Shown: positions 61,193-64,000 of the stretch, in pieces
Numbering within the stretch: position 1 is the stretch's first letter
How the letters are laid out: each line of letters starts with the position of its first letter
Sequence record: DRR723986_6745
DNA: 64,000 nucleotides
Direction: 5' to 3' (one strand)
The notes under the pieces: model-generated
The model's database searches: none
Told to the model about the DNA's origin: nothing
What the model saw: only the letters and a program-made list of their open reading frames with translations
Translations under genes and position numbers: made by a program

Positions 61193-61234
61193 TAAGCCCG
61201 GTAATAGCGATGCCTATTACCGGGCTTATTTTTT
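61193..61234 (+). terminator. Intrinsic terminator
   Basis: TAAGCCCGGTAATAG-cgatgc-CTATTACCGGGCTTA-TTTTTT. Confidence 0.85.
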
Positions 61235-61378
61235 ACGAACTGGATTTTATTCAAAACCATCTCAAAATAGGCAAATTCATTCTATGATAATCTTCTTGTA
61301 ATGCCCCTTCTCCTGCTTAAGATTACTTTTGGTAACTTGTCTTTTCACATATCAATTTTCAAAATCTCAAAGAAAACC

Positions 61379-62473
61379 ATGTTTAAGAAATCAATCATAT
61401 GGGCTGCTTTTGCATTACTCATTATTCAAACAGCGAAGGTGGAGGCTCAGGAATACAAAACTGAAAATCTTATTCTGATCACTTTGGATGGCATGAGGTG
61501 GCAGGAAGTGTTCACAGGGGCGGATTCCTTGCTGGTGGATGATACTGGAATGATTGAGACGCCTGGTTCCTTATTACCTGATTTTTGGGAAGTGAATCCA
61601 AATAAGCGCAGGGAGATGCTATTTCCCTTTTTATGGAATACCATTGCTAATCATGGTCAAATCTATGGTAACCGAGCTTATGGTAATATGGTAAATAACA
61701 GTAATGCTTTATGGTTTTCCTATCCGGGTTACAATGAAGTGTTAAGTGGTTTTGCGGATGATAAACGAATTACCAGCAACGATAAAATCAACAATCCAAA
61801 TGTGACTTTTCTGGAGTATTTAAACCAGAAACCTGAGTTCAAAGGAAAAGTACTGGCCTTTGGGTCATGGGATGTTTTTCCTTACATAATAAATGAAGAG
61901 CGTAGCGGAGTACCAGTAAATGCTGGTTTTGATATTGCAGAAGGTGATAACCTAAGCCCTGAAGAATTGCTGACCAATAAAATGCAATCCGAAATCCGTG
62001 GTCCATGGGGAGGCGTGAGATTGGATGTCTTCACGCAGAATTATGCTATGGCGGCTTTGAAATATCAGAAGCCAAGAGTACTATATATATCTTATGGAGA
62101 GACGGATGATTGGGCGCACGAAAATCACTACGATCAGTACCTTTGGTCAGCCAAACAAACAGATGCCTATATCAAAGAAATCTGGGATTTCGTGCAATCA
62201 GACCCACAGTACAAAGACAAGACTACCTTGATCATCACTACAGATCATGGGCGTGGTACGAGCAAAACTTCTTGGAGAGGTCACGGCTCATCTATTCCAG
62301 ATGCAGGACAAATCTGGATGGCGGCTATAGGGCCGGATACCCCAGCTACAGGAGAAATGAAGGTACAAGGGCAATGGCAATCAGCCATGATCGCACGCAC
62401 TATTTTCAAATTGCTAGGAATGGATTATCCAGATGAAAAAGCTGGGAAAGTAATAGAAGAGATGGTGAAGTAG
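61379..62473 (+). CDS. Alkaline-phosphatase-superfamily secreted enzyme
   Basis: LITLDGMRWQE, SYPGY, ETDDWAH, ITTDHGRG metal motifs; signal peptide. Confidence 0.85.
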   Translation: MFKKSIIWAAFALLIIQTAKVEAQEYKTENLILITLDGMRWQEVFTGADSLLVDDTGMIETPGSLLPDFWEVNPNKRREMLFPFLWNTIANHGQIYGNRAYGNMVNNSNALWFSYPGYNEVLSGFADDKRITSNDKINNPNVTFLEYLNQKPEFKGKVLAFGSWDVFPYIINEERSGVPVNAGFDIAEGDNLSPEELLTNKMQSEIRGPWGGVRLDVFTQNYAMAALKYQKPRVLYISYGETDDWAHENHYDQYLWSAKQTDAYIKEIWDFVQSDPQYKDKTTLIITTDHGRGTSKTSWRGHGSSIPDAGQIWMAAIGPDTPATGEMKVQGQWQSAMIARTIFKLLGMDYPDEKAGKVIEEMVK

Positions 62474-62540
62474 TTGATTTATTAATCACAAAGACCTGCA
62501 AGGTCTTTCGGAAGATGCAATGGCAAGAGTGAAAATAATT

Positions 62541-62712
62541 TGGCTAAAGCCGTTCTCTACTACAATCAAATTTCAAATGAAGGGGCTAAAACCAGATTCC
62601 TATTCAATTGGGGTTCTTTTTATAGAACGTGATGCAATAGGGTTTTTTCGATTAGCCTCCTGCTTTAGCTGGAGGTAGATGAAAAGTGTTAGAATTTTAG
62701 GGTTTTGGCCGA
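62541..62712. repeat. Degenerate GGCTAAAGCC-type REP-like cluster
   Basis: TTGGCTAAAGCC, GGGGCTAAAACC, GCCTCCTGCTTTAGCTGGAGGT and GGGTTTTGGCC in one intergenic region. Confidence 0.55.
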
Positions 62713-62932
62713 ATAGGCATATATGGGAGAAATGCTGGTTCGCCAAAACGGATGTAGGTAGTTTTTGAACCACATAGAAAGCATAGAAAATATAGTTTAT
62801 TTCATGATTAGCACTTCAGATGTGATTCATTTCTAACTTTTGAAATTATTTGTCAGATACAAAAGATGGCGAGAAAATGTATGCCAGATAGGCATTGATA
62901 TTTTGCTCATTGCAATCCTCCGCAGTAACTAC

Positions 62933-63277
62933 TCAATCAGCAAGTCTAGCACTTACGATTTTTATTCCTGGATAAGAAATTCCAAGAGTGTTGCAAATGC
63001 GAAAATCCTTGTTTGATAATTCGATGAATTGAATAATTAATGTATTGCCTACAGTATTCAAGGAATTGTCAAGGCTGTAGGCGTTATAGCTTAGTGTATT
63101 GAAATCAGTTAAGCGCTTTACCTCTGCTTCTTTGTCCAGAAATCTGATGACAGGTAATCCGCAGGAAATATCAGCAGTAGTTTCAACAATTACTCTAAAT
63201 TCAATGAGAGGCATTTCCTCTTTTTCACAAGAAGAAACCGAGAATAATAAGAGTAAAAAAAGGAAGTTGATTTTCAT
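62933..63277 (-). CDS. Small lipoprotein, unknown function
   Basis: MKINFLFLLLLFSVSSC-EKEE lipobox; two further Cys. Confidence 0.7.
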   Translation of the reverse strand: MKINFLFLLLLFSVSSCEKEEMPLIEFRVIVETTADISCGLPVIRFLDKEAEVKRLTDFNTLSYNAYSLDNSLNTVGNTLIIQFIELSNKDFRICNTLGISYPGIKIVSARLAD

Positions 63278-63378
63278 ATATTCTAGTACGAATCTTAACA
63301 AGGTAACGCTACTCTCTGATCCTACAGTTTCAAAATTTTTGGTCGATTAAGATAGGTATTATTACTGTTTTTCATTCC

Positions 63379-63999
63379 TCAATCCGGAATCACCAACTCC
63401 AATACCACCCTGTCTTTCTCAGGATACTTTGCCTTTTTACTTGTCATTTCTACTGACAGGGTTTCCATCATTTCTTTGAGTTTGGTGGGATTACTTTCAG
63501 CAAGATTTTCCATTTCAAATGGATCCGCTTTTAGGTTAAAAAGCTCATAAGTAGCTTCTCCATCTACAGGATAATGATAGATTACTTTCCAATCTGATTT
63601 TACCAAACTGGTAAAGTAATTGGAGCGGTGATTTCCATGTGGGAAATGATTCAAAAACACCTCGTCTCTACTCGTGTTTTGCTCAGCATTTAGTTGAGTT
63701 TGAAGCGGGAAACCATCCAATATATGTCCTTCGGGATTTGGAATGTCTGCCAATGTTAAAAGGGTAGGAAACAGATCTATGATAGTTCCAACTTGTTCCT
63801 GAATTGCATTTTGGGCGATAGGTAGTTTTTGCTGCCTTGGAGAATTGTTATCTGGACTGACCCAAGCAGCGATGAAAGGAACCCGCATTCCACCTTCCCA
63901 GTGATTTCCTTTTTTGCCTTTTAGCGGAGTGGAACTGCTGTAGTCATTTTCTATTGGCAGGGGTGCATCCGAACCGTTATCTCCCAAAAATAGTATCAG
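63379..63999 (-). CDS. Sulfatase family protein, 3' part (runs off window end)
   Basis: FLGDNG, PLKG.KG..WEGGMRVPFI, DLFPT, ELFNL..DPFE..NLA. Confidence 0.9.
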   Translation of the reverse strand: MILFLGDNGSDAPLPIENDYSSSTPLKGKKGNHWEGGMRVPFIAAWVSPDNNSPRQQKLPIAQNAIQEQVGTIIDLFPTLLTLADIPNPEGHILDGFPLQTQLNAEQNTSRDEVFLNHFPHGNHRSNYFTSLVKSDWKVIYHYPVDGEATYELFNLKADPFEMENLAESNPTKLKEMMETLSVEMTSKKAKYPEKDRVVLELVIPD

Positions 64000-64000
64000 T

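Overview
A ~40% GC bacterial chromosomal window. Gene content (SusC/SusD, UpxY, FecR/ECF pair, TAnnTTTG -7 promoter boxes) points to Bacteroidota, probably Cyclobacteriaceae/Algoriphagus-like (inference). Housekeeping genes (purL, xseAB, dapA, ligA, metG) are interspersed with two RND efflux operons, a SusC/SusD locus with non-glycan cargo, a circularly permuted ATP-grasp/alpha-E pair, a HigBA-type TA module, a TIR-domain protein and several regulators. No rRNA, tRNA or CRISPR array was seen. The most striking non-coding signal is a dense set of intergenic repeat families. (i) A four-helix-bundle gene (37423-37785) is bracketed by two ~90-bp direct repeats, each a 7-nt-periodic hairpin starting exactly at a stop codon, and related 7/8-nt arrays abut other stop codons. 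(ii) A REP-associated Y1 transposase carries five GTAG-type REPs: two are in frame inside its own CDS and one supplies the ligA stop codon. (iii) Several other REP/REPIN-like families occur, one of which brackets a 3.2-kb accessory block. LigA also has an unexplained ~144-aa insertion. All calls were made by eye from sequence motifs and no database searches were run. Several start codons were moved to more plausible downstream ATGs than those in the ORF track.
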